NCBI GenBank assembly: GCA_943788985.1
Contig: CALSSJ010000036.1
Coordinates: forward strand, 96,058-160,057
DNA length: 64,000 nt
Direction of reading: 5' to 3'
From: an uncultured Lentisphaerales bacterium
GTDB taxonomy: Bacteria; Verrucomicrobiota; Lentisphaeria; JABSQK01; UBA12247
The notes under the pieces: model-generated
Told to the model about the DNA's origin: nothing
Database searches by the model: none
The model's input: only the letters and a program-made list of their open reading frames with translations
Made by a program: the position numbers and the translations under genes
Shown: piece after piece, positions 40,432-54,608 of the stretch
Position numbering within the stretch: the stretch's first letter is position 1
Layout: the number at the start of each line of letters is the position of its first letter

Positions 40432-41440
40432 TCATCCCCGCTCCGGCAGATATGCTCCATCCCAAATCAATATTTTGCGACCTGCGTAATACGATAACTC
40501 GGATGGCACAACATTCCACTCGACGCGGACCGCGGCGAATCTACCACAAGCCTGTCCAATCGCCATCGCAATCGGTGCAACTCGAATCGCAGAAGCCGCC
40601 TGTTGAGTGGCACCCACTATGCCGTCTCGCGAGGGTTGGATTGTGTGGCCACGGTGGTATCAGGCACCCCATGGAAATAGGATACGCGAAATCCCCAGGA
40701 ATCAATTCCGGAGGCACCATCCACGCGGATAGCCTGCTTGAATCCAGCGCAGTACCTGCGCGCGAAGCGTGGTGGTTCTCGGGCCTGAATCCGGTTCAGC
40801 CCTTTCCGACAAAGAAGAATCAATAATAAAAGCCCCCGGCTCTGCGTTCTTGAACATGCAAAGCTTTTGCCGTGCAATCGTGAGTTCCCCCGCTTCACGC
40901 GCCTTGGTCTAGACGTCTTGAAACCCGCAGGCGCTGACACGTGACGTAACACGCAGTGCCTCGAGCGCTGCCTCACTCCCCCAGAAAGGTAAAGTCATCA
41001 GGGTGCGCAGCGACGTAAGCGCGCAGCCCACCGGTATCCACGTTTGCAACGTTCAAATACATGCCGCGAGGCGCAGTTGCATGGCTCTTCCGTCGACCAG
41101 CCCAACGGACCGGTTCCAGTCGCATCCACAAACGCCTTGGCCCGATATCTTATGAAAACCGTGGTAACGAACGTTAGTACAAGGTTCGCTCAGCATTTCC
41201 TGCAGCGCAATTTTGAGGCTCTCAGTGTCTAACGGCAAAGACGTACTAAGCACACGGTAGTGCTGTCAGGTACATGCCCAGAGCAAGACGAGGTAACCAG
41301 GCGACCGGTGAGCTCCTGAGGGATCCCCCGCCCTAGCTGAGTCCCCCAGGAACATGAAAACTGGCGAAAAGAGCGAGGCCCATCCCATTTAGCGAGCCAC
41401 CGAGGAAAGAGTTCTAAGCGAGATTACATCGTATGTACAA
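40432..41440 (-). pseudogene. Heavily decayed FAD-dependent oxidoreductase (PF12831-like)
   Basis: Collinear fragments in different frames: YDVI, NSFLGGS, GGIPQEL..RL, LDTESLKIALQEML, KAFVDATG, IQAREPPRF..RY, ISMGCLIP and ATQQAASAIRVAPIAMAIGQACG. Confidence 0.6.
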
Positions 41441-41544
41441 CGCTTCTGCACCAGCTGCACTCCTTCTGCGAATCCACGCTACATACAGCCTGCCGGTCTG
41501 TCTCTTAGACGAGCAAACGATTCGCCCCGCAGCCCCAACCGCAA

Positions 41545-43227
41545 CTATCGCTCAGCGCGAGCCTCGTGAATCGTTCCAGTGCCCCCTGCCGCCCTTGCCG
41601 CCCTTGCGCCCTTGCCGCCCTTGCTATCTGGCTTGCGGGCGTGCGTAACGAGTTGCTTGTCGCCCCCTGACTCGGATGCATCTTTGAAGTGCTCAATGAT
41701 CTGCTCCGCCTTATTGAACGGCACGGTCACAAACGAACAGCCGTCCATAATCTGGATATCGCCGATTAACCGAGGCTTCATAGGCACACGACGGGTGATG
41801 AAATCACAGAGTTTGCGAGGTGTCATCCGGTCTTTACGCCCAAGCCCAACACACAACCGCGCCTTCCCCTCCTCGTCGAGCTGGCTGCCCCGGCTCTTGC
41901 CGACGTTTGCAATCTCACTATAACCATCGGGATTTAATTCATCCTCAAAAGCGTAATTAAGAAGTGCGGCGATAATCTGCGTGGGCTTCGTTCCCTCCAA
42001 CAAATCCCGCGCCCACGCATAATACTGCTCGTCTACAGGATCAGGCAGAGCGGCACTTAGATCCTCGTGAATCTTCGCCCGCTTCGCCGCCAGTATCTCA
42101 TCCACCTGCGGAATAGTAGACTTCTTGATGTCAGTCTTTGTCGCACGCTGGATGTACATCAAGCGCTTATACTCGCTCGGCGTGATAAAAGTCACCGCAG
42201 TGCCAGACTTCCCAGCCCGGCCCGTTCGGCCAATACGATGCACGTATGACTCAGCATCGTAAGGCAAGGCGTAGTTAATGACATGCGATAGATCGCTAAC
42301 GTCAATCCCACGCGCGGCAACGTCGGTCGCAACCAGAATGTTACTTTTGCGCTTTCTGAACTTGGCAAGCGTGCGCTCACGTTGAGCCTGGGACACGTCA
42401 CCGTGGATCGGCTCCGCATCATACCCGCGGCCTACGAGCTGACTGGCGACCCCATCAACATCGTTCTTCGTTCTACAGAACACGAGTCCATAGAAATCCT
42501 CTTCGAAATCGATAATCCGACACAGTGCCTCGAACTTATCTGAAGCACGAATCTCATAGTAAATCTGCTCCGTGAGCGCGGTCGTATTGCTGTCCGCCTT
42601 CGCAGTCAGCACTTCGTGCTCACACATATATTTTTTTGCGAGCGAACGAATTCTAGCCGGCATGGTCGCCGAAAAAAGAAGCGTGCGCTTATTCGGGCCC
42701 GTGTGCTCCATGATCTCCTCGATATCCTCGACGAATCCCATGTTCAGCATCTCATCGGCTTCATCCAGAACCAGATGGCGGATTGCACCAAGCTTGAGCG
42801 TACGACGCTTCAAATGGTCGATCACGCGACCAGGCGTGCCTACCACAATGTGCACGCCCCTCTTGAGTCGACGCAACTGCTGATCAATAGACTGCCCGCC
42901 GTAGATTGGCGCGACTCGGATGTCCCGCTCGCCCTTCAGGGAGTTAATTTCCTCCGCTACCTGAATGGCCAGTTCTCGGGTTGGGGCTAGGATAAGCGCC
43001 TGCACTTCCCGGCTGTCAAGATCCAACAACTCAATTAGGGGGAGCCCAAACGCTGCAGTTTTCCCGGTGCCGGTCTGTGCCTGCGCAATAATATCAGTAC
43101 GATCTTCGAGCATAACCGGAATCGTCATCGCCTGAATTGCTGTAGGCTCTTCAAACCCTTTCTTATTGATCGCAGCGGTTGTGGCCGCACTAAGGCCCAA
43201 ATCCGCGAATGTCTTCGACTCGCTCAT
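41545..43227 (-). CDS. DEAD-box RNA helicase (DeaD/CshA type with DbpA RNA-binding domain)
   Basis: AQTGTGKT, PTRELA, TPGR, DEAD, SAT and HRIGRTGR. A probable 1-nt deletion in the terminal KGG repeat means the true stop is likely 41552. Confidence 0.95.
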   Translation of the reverse strand: MSESKTFADLGLSAATTAAINKKGFEEPTAIQAMTIPVMLEDRTDIIAQAQTGTGKTAAFGLPLIELLDLDSREVQALILAPTRELAIQVAEEINSLKGERDIRVAPIYGGQSIDQQLRRLKRGVHIVVGTPGRVIDHLKRRTLKLGAIRHLVLDEADEMLNMGFVEDIEEIMEHTGPNKRTLLFSATMPARIRSLAKKYMCEHEVLTAKADSNTTALTEQIYYEIRASDKFEALCRIIDFEEDFYGLVFCRTKNDVDGVASQLVGRGYDAEPIHGDVSQAQRERTLAKFRKRKSNILVATDVAARGIDVSDLSHVINYALPYDAESYVHRIGRTGRAGKSGTAVTFITPSEYKRLMYIQRATKTDIKKSTIPQVDEILAAKRAKIHEDLSAALPDPVDEQYYAWARDLLEGTKPTQIIAALLNYAFEDELNPDGYSEIANVGKSRGSQLDEEGKARLCVGLGRKDRMTPRKLCDFITRRVPMKPRLIGDIQIMDGCSFVTVPFNKAEQIIEHFKDASESGGDKQLVTHARKPDSKGGKGARAARAAGGTGTIHEARAER

Positions 43228-43299
43228 GTTAATCTCGCCCGGTGTAATATGTGAAACTGGGTAACGTACTGCGTTGCGCTGTACACGCGCCGGCAGGGC

Positions 43300-43336
43300 A
43301 AAAAAAGGTCCCACGCCGTGGGGACAGCGTAGGACC
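43300..43336 (-). terminator. Rho-independent terminator of the rRNA operon
   Basis: Minus strand ggtcctacgctg-loop-cggcgtgggacc followed by a T run. Confidence 0.8.
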
Positions 43337-43352
43337 GGGGGGGAAAGAAAAA

Positions 43353-43469
43353 GGCTGGCGACGTGCTACTCTCCCATGACATTGCGTCATAGTACCATCG
43401 CCGCTGTGGAGCTTAACGACCGTGTTCGGGATGGGAACGGGTGTGGCCTCCACGCTATGATCACCAGCC
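43353..43469 (-). rRNA. rrf: 5S rRNA
   Basis: Reverse complement has ccatcccgaacacgg, gatggtact and complementary ends; about 117 nt. Confidence 0.95.
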
Positions 43470-43631
43470 AAAAACCTACAATTGGGTGTCGGACGGGAGC
43501 TTTCGCCCTGTCTCGTCAACGCACACCCTACACTTCACAATTTCACAACATATTTGCCTATGAGTAAGGCACTTTCTAGTTTTATTATTCGGCGCACTAC
43601 TTTTTCATAGTCGCAATGCGACGAAGAAAAA

Positions 43632-46541
<2,910 letters not shown>

Positions 46542-46651
46542 AAAAATCTTCTTAGACTTACATATAAATTGCTATAGATGTTTTGTTAATTGAAGCTTTT
46601 CTTTTCTTTCATAGAAACTTCACGTAGAATCAAGCGAAATGTTATTAGCGA

Positions 46652-46722
46652 TGGCTGTGGCGTACTAACTTGAACTGGGACCTCTTTATCAGGATGCGCT
46701 TACCAACTGAAGCTATACGCTC
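46652..46722 (-). tRNA. tRNA-Ile(GAT), garbled copy in the ITS
   Basis: Reverse complement gcgtatagct(t)cagttggt.agcgcatcctGATaa..gaggtc..agttcaag..tacgcc with several missing bases. Confidence 0.55.
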
Positions 46723-46729
46723 ACGAAAG

Positions 46730-46805
46730 TGGTGGAGCAGAGGGGACTCGAACCCCTGACATCCTGCTTGCAAAGCAGTGCTCTAGCCAACTGAGCTACT
46801 GCCCT
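46730..46805 (-). tRNA. tRNA-Ala(TGC)
   Basis: gggcagtagctcagttgg...ttTGCaa...ggttcgagtccc...ccacca; appears to lack 1-2 homopolymer bases. Confidence 0.9.
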
Positions 46806-47005
46806 ATCGCTTCCTTGCTAAAGCAGAGCTTCATCGTATCTACGATAGTGCCTCGGAATGGTGCTGCACGCTGAAGTTCCGAAGGGTGTACTACATCTGA
46901 AAGTACGATAACAACTTGCTCGTTACCGAACCACACCCAAAGATTGCCATTGTGGCTTGACCATCGAGGGGCTTTATCTGTTGGAAAACTGATCTGTGCT
47001 CCTTA

Positions 47006-48510
<1,505 letters not shown>

Positions 48511-48642
48511 CAAAAGTATAGAACCAAGGCTGTTATACCTTGATAACTTCGTTTGAAAAATTGAGTCTAGTGCATCGACCTACTGGCTGCAGGTCGATAC
48601 GACTCATTTTGGTTATTGACGTTGTATATCGTACGTCTCATC

Positions 48643-48654
48643 TGTCAAAGAACA
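48643..48654 (-). promoter_or_regulatory. rrn leader boxA antitermination site
   Basis: Minus strand TGTTCTTTGACA versus consensus TGCTCTTTAACA, about 135 nt upstream of 16S. Confidence 0.7.
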
Positions 48655-48680
48655 CTGCCATTTTCGTCTGGCAAGCGTGT

Positions 48681-48708
48681 AAGATGCTCGTCATTTTTCA
48701 TTACGCAA
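48681..48708 (-). promoter_or_regulatory. Candidate rrn promoter
   Basis: TTGCGT, 16 nt, CATCTT just upstream of boxA; weak -10 match. Confidence 0.4.
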
Positions 48709-49058
48709 ACGCCTTTCCCATGATTTCTTAAATTACTTTCGTAATTGCTGAGCAGGCTCTCGTAAGACCCGCCTCTGTGGCATAAAATTAAGCATTCCAG
48801 ACGCCTACTGTTACGGTTGATGTGGCTGCTCCACTAGCTAGGAACGCAGGAGCGAGTCAGGAGATCACCATTTAGTACGGAACGCACCGAGAGTTCAATG
48901 GCCGTGAGACACACTCCAGGTACCGCTTGCAGCGGGCGAAGCTTTCGTCTCCTAGCAGCTTTACGGCTCAGTGCCGGAGAGGAGCTTTTGCCTGTTGGGC
49001 GCACGTCTAGATTCGGTAATTCCACAGCGTTGGGTTGCCCCGGAGCGTGGCCTACAGA

Positions 49059-49692
49059 GTGAGCATCTTTTCGAAATTCGGAATCTCACCCAAGGTGGTG
49101 ACGGGAATGCTTGCACACTTATTGCGGGGATATCGCTGTCTGCTTCGAGTCAGGACTGTTGACCTTCAGGGTGCCTTGGGAGCAGAGCACGCGCCTGCTA
49201 TCTACGCGATTTGGCACAACCGCTTCTTCCTCCTTCCAGTTCTCGTCCCCCCGGAGAAGCGCCCGCAAACTGCGATCCTCGTCAGTCAGTCACGCGACGG
49301 CGGCTATATCGCCAGTTTTCTGGAGGCATTCAACTTCTCCGTCATTCGCGGGTAGCAGTAGCAAGGGAGGCATGCGCGCCATGATCCAACTAAAGCGCCA
49401 CTTGGCTAAAGGCGGAAGCGTCGCGATTACCCCAGATGGACCGCGCGGTCCGGTGTACACGGTCCAACCAGGGATAGCATGGCTAGCTGAGAAGTCTGGG
49501 GTGCCGGTAGTTCCCGTGTCGGTAAATGCGGGCAGAGCAATCAAGCTGCGGAGTTGGGACAGAACCCAGATTCCGCTGCCGTTTACACGGGTCGTGTTTC
49601 GCTTGGGAAAATCACTGGTGGTTTCTCCAGATCAGGAAACTGACAGCGCTGAGTCCATTCGAAAAGCTCTCATGGATATCACGCAGGACTAG
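49059..49692 (+). CDS. Lysophospholipid acyltransferase-family (DUF374) protein; one +1 frameshift at about 49350
   Basis: IWHNR, VSQSRDG, IRG/SSSKGG, ITPDGPRGP and SWDRTQIPLPF. Confidence 0.85.
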
Positions 49693-49770
49693 TCATGGTT
49701 TTCGCGATGTGCCCCTGATACTGACGGGACTGCACCGGAGCGGCGCAGCAGATGCGCTAGAATCGTCCGG

Positions 49771-50736
49771 CTATTCCTTAGCCCTGTCGGCCATATCTGG
49801 CAGGTCCTCGATGATCGTGTCATCGGGCTGCGCAACATCACCAACACCAGGGGCATCATCAAGCCCTGCTGGGGTAGGCCCCTCCCCTGCTGTATTGAAA
49901 TCAAGCCCCTCGACTGCCAGGCGGCCGCCGAGTACGATGACTCGCCCCAGATCCGGGTCCCGGACAAGTCGGGGATTGGTCCCTTCGAATAAGTAGACTT
50001 TCACTTCTTTCTGCTTGCCGGCCAAGTCGAAGGTTCGGTATTCAAACTGCCGAGGTGCGGTCTGCACCATAGTATGGACGAAACTCCTCGCATCCACCTC
50101 GCCCTGCGGGGTGACACCGACGATACTTGGGCCGAGGCGAGAGACTGCATAGACGTACTGGTCATCTTCGATCTTGAGCATATTGAGGTCGCCATGATCT
50201 CCCCTAAACCGAACAATGGCTATTCTCCTAGAGGCAATCTCTCCAGCGGAATTGGGTCGCGGTACACCGACTGACCTATGCCAGACCTCGATGCCATGAC
50301 TTACTGAGAACACGGCAGGACGGGCCCGGTAATCGCTTCGAAGCCTTCGATGCCCAACACGCACTACGACCTCATACTCGCCAGGCCGCTGTAACTGGGC
50401 AAAACGGTTAATTTGCAGGGAGATGCTCTTCTCCGCACCTGCGGGCAAGGTCAGGGCGTGGATTGGATTTTTGCCCTTGTCCTTGGCCAGCCTAGAGGCG
50501 ATAAACTTCCCGTTGTGCCGCACCTGTAATGAAAAGGTACCCCCGTCACGGAAGCTGAGCGGGTTTCCGGAATCGTTCCGCACACGGAGATTGAGGCTGA
50601 CCGGCTCATATGCCATGTGTCGGTACTGGCCTACTGTGACCTGCAAGGAAAGCTGTGCCGAAACGTCAAGCGTGCAGCACGCCGCGAAAGCGACGAGACA
50701 AACGAGGCGGAGGAAGAAACTGCGCGAACGCGGCAC
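49771..50736 (-). CDS. Hypothetical secreted beta-rich protein
   Basis: Signal peptide ending DVSA-QL; co-oriented and adjacent to the metallophosphoesterase gene. Confidence 0.7.
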   Translation of the reverse strand: MPRSRSFFLRLVCLVAFAACCTLDVSAQLSLQVTVGQYRHMAYEPVSLNLRVRNDSGNPLSFRDGGTFSLQVRHNGKFIASRLAKDKGKNPIHALTLPAGAEKSISLQINRFAQLQRPGEYEVVVRVGHRRLRSDYRARPAVFSVSHGIEVWHRSVGVPRPNSAGEIASRRIAIVRFRGDHGDLNMLKIEDDQYVYAVSRLGPSIVGVTPQGEVDARSFVHTMVQTAPRQFEYRTFDLAGKQKEVKVYLFEGTNPRLVRDPDLGRVIVLGGRLAVEGLDFNTAGEGPTPAGLDDAPGVGDVAQPDDTIIEDLPDMADRAKE

Positions 50737-50740
50737 GATG

Positions 50741-51466
50741 CTACGCGCCCCGCTCCAATCGCGCGGCCAAGCGTTCCGGCAGCCCGGCGGCAATGATCTT
50801 CTCTTGCGCCGTCTTGATATCATAAGGAATTCGGTGCAGAACCACGCGGTTCTCGTCGGTGTCATAGACAGCAAAAGCGGACCGCCAGTCACCATCGCGT
50901 GGCTGGCCGACGCTTCCCACATTAATCAGGTATTTGTGTCCGGGCTGGATCTTGATCTCACTGTACTTGCCGCCTTGGATGGTACCGAACTTCTCAAATG
51001 CGAGAGGCACGTGTGAGTGGCCGCAGAAGCATAGCTGGGAGAACTGGTAACTGAAGCTCGCGCCAGCGGACAGTTTATCGAAGATGTAGCCCCAGCGTCT
51101 GGGAGAATCTAGGGTCGCGTGGACAATGGTGATTTTCCCAAGCTGCATCGTCAGGCGTAGGTTTCTCAAATATGCCCGCTGTTCCTCCGTCAGGTTTCTT
51201 CGCGTCCACTCGATGGCGAATGCGGCTTGTTGGTTAAAGCCGACGAGTTCGTCATCGGAGGAAGCCTGATCGTCATGATTCCCCATCACCACCCCCTGGA
51301 GTGGCAGGCTGCGTAGTAAGTCCAAGCAGGCGCCCGGATCCGCGTTGTACCCAACAATATCACCGATGCATAGGTAGTGATCCACGCCCAGCCTCTGTGT
51401 CTCGTCAAGAACCGCTTGCAGCGCTTCAAGGTTGGCATGGATATCGCCGAAAATTGCGTATTTCAT
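50741..51466 (-). CDS. Metallophosphoesterase (YfcE/MJ0912-like)
   Basis: GDIHAN, GDIVGY, GNHD, GHSH and NVGSVGQPRDGD. Confidence 0.9.
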   Translation of the reverse strand: MKYAIFGDIHANLEALQAVLDETQRLGVDHYLCIGDIVGYNADPGACLDLLRSLPLQGVVMGNHDDQASSDDELVGFNQQAAFAIEWTRRNLTEEQRAYLRNLRLTMQLGKITIVHATLDSPRRWGYIFDKLSAGASFSYQFSQLCFCGHSHVPLAFEKFGTIQGGKYSEIKIQPGHKYLINVGSVGQPRDGDWRSAFAVYDTDENRVVLHRIPYDIKTAQEKIIAAGLPERLAARLERGA

Positions 51467-51684
51467 CTAGTTTTCCGAACTTGTCACGATCTCATTCATA
51501 GGTCAACCAGCGCTGTCTGGCAATGCATACCGCCGTACAATACTCTCGCTGGGCTTAGTTTGCCATTGAAGTCGCGGAATTTGCTCAGGCAGAGCCTGAA
51601 TAAGGCGCATTAAGCGGTAGACTCTCTCGACCTCTGGATTATAGTAGCTTTCTCGTAGTACGAACCAAACACATTGAGCCCCTG

Positions 51685-52146
51685 ATGCCTTCCAAAATAG
51701 TTATGATGCTTCTAGTGAGCTGCACCCTCAGCGTGTTCTCGCAGGCGCAGGGGGACGTCGCGGCGAGTGGAGCTGAAGCGCTCGCTTCGGAGTCTCTGGC
51801 GCCTGAGAGCCTCACGGGGACTGTACTGGAGGATTCGCTAGCAAGCGATGATCTGTCACCAACGTCAAACGACGAGGCGCTGGAGGCGGAGCAGAGCGCT
51901 GCTATTTCTGACCAAGAGAGCGAGGAGGCTGCGGAAATGGCCGAGGAAGAAGCGCAGGAGGAGGGCCGGAGAGCGCTTGCCCGAGCCGCTTGGGATGCGG
52001 TCAAACAAGCGATTGAAGCGCGGGGAATCGACCTTCAGGACATCAAACAACTCCCCCCACGCGCCCAAATTGCCGAGATCATGCGGCGACTTGAGCCGCA
52101 CATGGGGACGCTGAGCGGCAAAGTTAAAGAGCTCTTCCCGGAATAA
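51685..52146 (+). CDS. Hypothetical secreted acidic protein
   Basis: Signal peptide, Glu/Ala-rich linker and short helical C-terminal region. Confidence 0.6.
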   Translation: MPSKIVMMLLVSCTLSVFSQAQGDVAASGAEALASESLAPESLTGTVLEDSLASDDLSPTSNDEALEAEQSAAISDQESEEAAEMAEEEAQEEGRRALARAAWDAVKQAIEARGIDLQDIKQLPPRAQIAEIMRRLEPHMGTLSGKVKELFPE

Positions 52147-52152
52147 TCTTGC

Positions 52153-52696
52153 GTGGGGCAACAATCTCCCGCCTAAGATCATTTTTATCGGTTTCACCTC
52201 TAGCGGAAAGACCGCGACCGGGTTCGCTGCTGCCATGCACTTTGGGTACACGTTTGTGGATCTCGACCGCGAAATAGAAGCGTTGGCAGAACTACAGACT
52301 GGGCGCGTACTGACCTGCCGGCGGTATTTTAACGAGTTCGGGGCTGAGTCATTTCGCGAACTTGAGACTGCTGCCTTAGAGGAGAATCAGGACCGGGAAG
52401 GTATCGTCCTATCCACCGGCGGCGGCGTTCCACTGCGGCCCCAAAACCGAGAACTCCTCGCCGCAAGTGGCTATATCGTATACCTCCGGCCAGAGATTGA
52501 TGCCGTTTTTTATCGTATGCGGAGTAAGGGATTCCCTGCGTATCTTGGCGAAAGTCCAGGACGCACTGATCTAGAGCGGGCATTCAATGATCGGGACCCT
52601 ATTTACACGGGCCTTGCCGATCTGACCATCGACAACACGCATTTGTCTCCAAAGGACACCTGCGCAACTTTGGCCAAGCGTTTCGGTTATGCCTAA
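52153..52696 (+). CDS. aroK: Shikimate kinase (start probably displaced by an indel)
   Basis: KIIFIGFTSSGKT lies in frame upstream of the called ORF; FVDLD, FRELE, LSTGGG and RDPIY...AD. Confidence 0.85.
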
Positions 52697-54575
52697 CGAG
52701 CCACAGCGTCGGCAACGGATTTTTCTCGTCTGCCTGGCCATGCTTCCTTTTCTGCAGACGATTCGCTACGAGTATGTCCTTGATGACTCCGTCGTCATCA
52801 CGCACAATCACTATACACAGTCAGGCGTGGCAGGCGTCATCCCTCACCTCCGCCACCACTCGCTGCATGGCTACCAGCAAGGGCGCAGTTCCGTAGACTT
52901 ACCGGGCGGCCGCTATCGCCCGCTGTCACTGATCACATTTTCACTCGAGCAGCAGCTTTGGGCCGCCTGGCCCTTATTTTTACGCGGATTCAGGCACCTC
53001 GTAAACGTGCTAGTGTATGCAGGGATCGTCTGGCTGCTCTTTGACGTCAGCCTCCGACTGAAGTTGAAGGCTGACGTCGTACTCCTCGTCGCAGCGCTAT
53101 TCGCTGTCCACCCCACGCACGTCGAGTCGGTCGCCAACATTAAGGGCCGTGACGACTTGCTCATGCTATTCTTTGCCCTCCTGGCGTTGCGAACTTCGCA
53201 AAGCCAGCAATGCACGACGGCACACGTCGTAAAGCTGGGGATCTACACAGCCCTAGCGGCCTTTGCCAAGGAAACCGGCGTCATGGTAGCCCCCGTCATC
53301 ACGCTGCTGCTCTGGCAGCAAAAAAGACTTAGCGCAAAGCGAGCAACAGCCCTCTCCGCCTGGATTGCGGCGACGATATTTCTGATTGCACGTGCATCGG
53401 CGATCACAGCAAGCGGAGCAAATACAGAGCTATTGAATAACCCGTTTGTTGCGGCCACCATCAACGAGCGAATCGGGACCGTTCTGATGACCTGGGCTTG
53501 GTACGCAAAACTCCTGGTGGCGCCGTGGCCCCTGACAGTAGACTACTACCCGAATCACGTCCCCCTCGTCCAGCTTTGGCATCCAGCCTCACTACTTGGC
53601 GCTGCGCTGACTGTGGCGCTTATCTGGCTCCTGATTCGCAAGAAACAGACACTCGCCGGCTTCGCGGCTGCGTGGGCCGTTGCCTTCTTTCTGCCAGTGA
53701 GCAATCTGCTATTTACCACCGGGACCTTAATGGCAGAGCGATTTCTACTGACGCCAAGCGTGGGCCTCTGCTGGCTACTGGGATTGGCATTATCCAGGTG
53801 CCGCAAGAATCCAGCGGCCCTGATGTGGGGCGTGATCGCCCTCTTGGCAGGACTGAGCACGATTCGGGCCGCCCACTGGCGCGACGAAATCACTTTACTT
53901 CGCCATGACGTGGCAGTTTCTCACGCGTCTGCGTTCTCGAATCACGCGATCGCTGAGTTGCTCTTGCGCGAGGCCAATAACTCAGGCCATCGAAACCTTT
54001 CTGCCATTGAAGCCCACCTCCACGCTGCACTACAAGCGCATCCGGCATTCACTGCTGCGCGGCAAAAGTTGATGCTGGTCCAATACGAGGCAGGCAAGTT
54101 TGACGCAGCCCTACGGACCGGGCGCGCTCTGCTCGCTGCCTCGCCAGATAACTACGTAGCTCGTCTCCACCTTGGCATTTGGCTGCGTGACGCTGGTGCC
54201 TATGAGCATGCGCTGCGCCATCTCCGGACGGTGACAGCATCTCACCCCGAGGACGTAGAGGGCAACTATCACCTTGGGGTAAGCCTGCTGCGTATGCACA
54301 CCTCGCAACCAGGAACTACACCAGAGCAACTGCGAGAGGCACGAGGTGCCCTATTGCGTGCAGCGCGACACGCCCCCCTCCGGAGCGACATCGTGGAGCA
54401 ACTCGGCGTTGCCCAGTTTCTCAGCGGCGACTTTCAGGGGGCGATCACTGCGTGGGAACACGTCCTTCCGGCTAGAAGATCCCGCCAACTAGCCATCCCG
54501 CTGCGCGAAGCGTATTTGAAGGCCGGCGAACACGAAAAGGCAGCAGCACTAGGGAGACAGTACCAGTTGGACTGA
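52689..54575 (+). CDS. TMTC-like multi-TM protein with C-terminal TPRs (putative GT-C O-mannosyltransferase)
   Basis: YVLDD, YRPL, LFAVHPTHVESVANIKGR, AKE, PWPLTVDY, MAERFL and TPR-like C-terminus. Confidence 0.8.
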   Translation: MPNEPQRRQRIFLVCLAMLPFLQTIRYEYVLDDSVVITHNHYTQSGVAGVIPHLRHHSLHGYQQGRSSVDLPGGRYRPLSLITFSLEQQLWAAWPLFLRGFRHLVNVLVYAGIVWLLFDVSLRLKLKADVVLLVAALFAVHPTHVESVANIKGRDDLLMLFFALLALRTSQSQQCTTAHVVKLGIYTALAAFAKETGVMVAPVITLLLWQQKRLSAKRATALSAWIAATIFLIARASAITASGANTELLNNPFVAATINERIGTVLMTWAWYAKLLVAPWPLTVDYYPNHVPLVQLWHPASLLGAALTVALIWLLIRKKQTLAGFAAAWAVAFFLPVSNLLFTTGTLMAERFLLTPSVGLCWLLGLALSRCRKNPAALMWGVIALLAGLSTIRAAHWRDEITLLRHDVAVSHASAFSNHAIAELLLREANNSGHRNLSAIEAHLHAALQAHPAFTAARQKLMLVQYEAGKFDAALRTGRALLAASPDNYVARLHLGIWLRDAGAYEHALRHLRTVTASHPEDVEGNYHLGVSLLRMHTSQPGTTPEQLREARGALLRAARHAPLRSDIVEQLGVAQFLSGDFQGAITAWEHVLPARRSRQLAIPLREAYLKAGEHEKAAALGRQYQLD

Positions 54576-54608
54576 TTCTACATTCTACCCGTTGTCTGCC
54601 AAGCCTAC

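Noticed and set aside
40838..40960. Possible 6S RNA-like long hairpin (ggctctgcgt ... acgcagtgcc)
   Set aside because: Only one imperfect 10-bp closing stem and no convincing inner stem; it lies within the collinear FAD-oxidoreductase relic.
48720..49050. Short ORFs upstream of the rRNA promoter
   Set aside because: No recognisable product or RNA structure.
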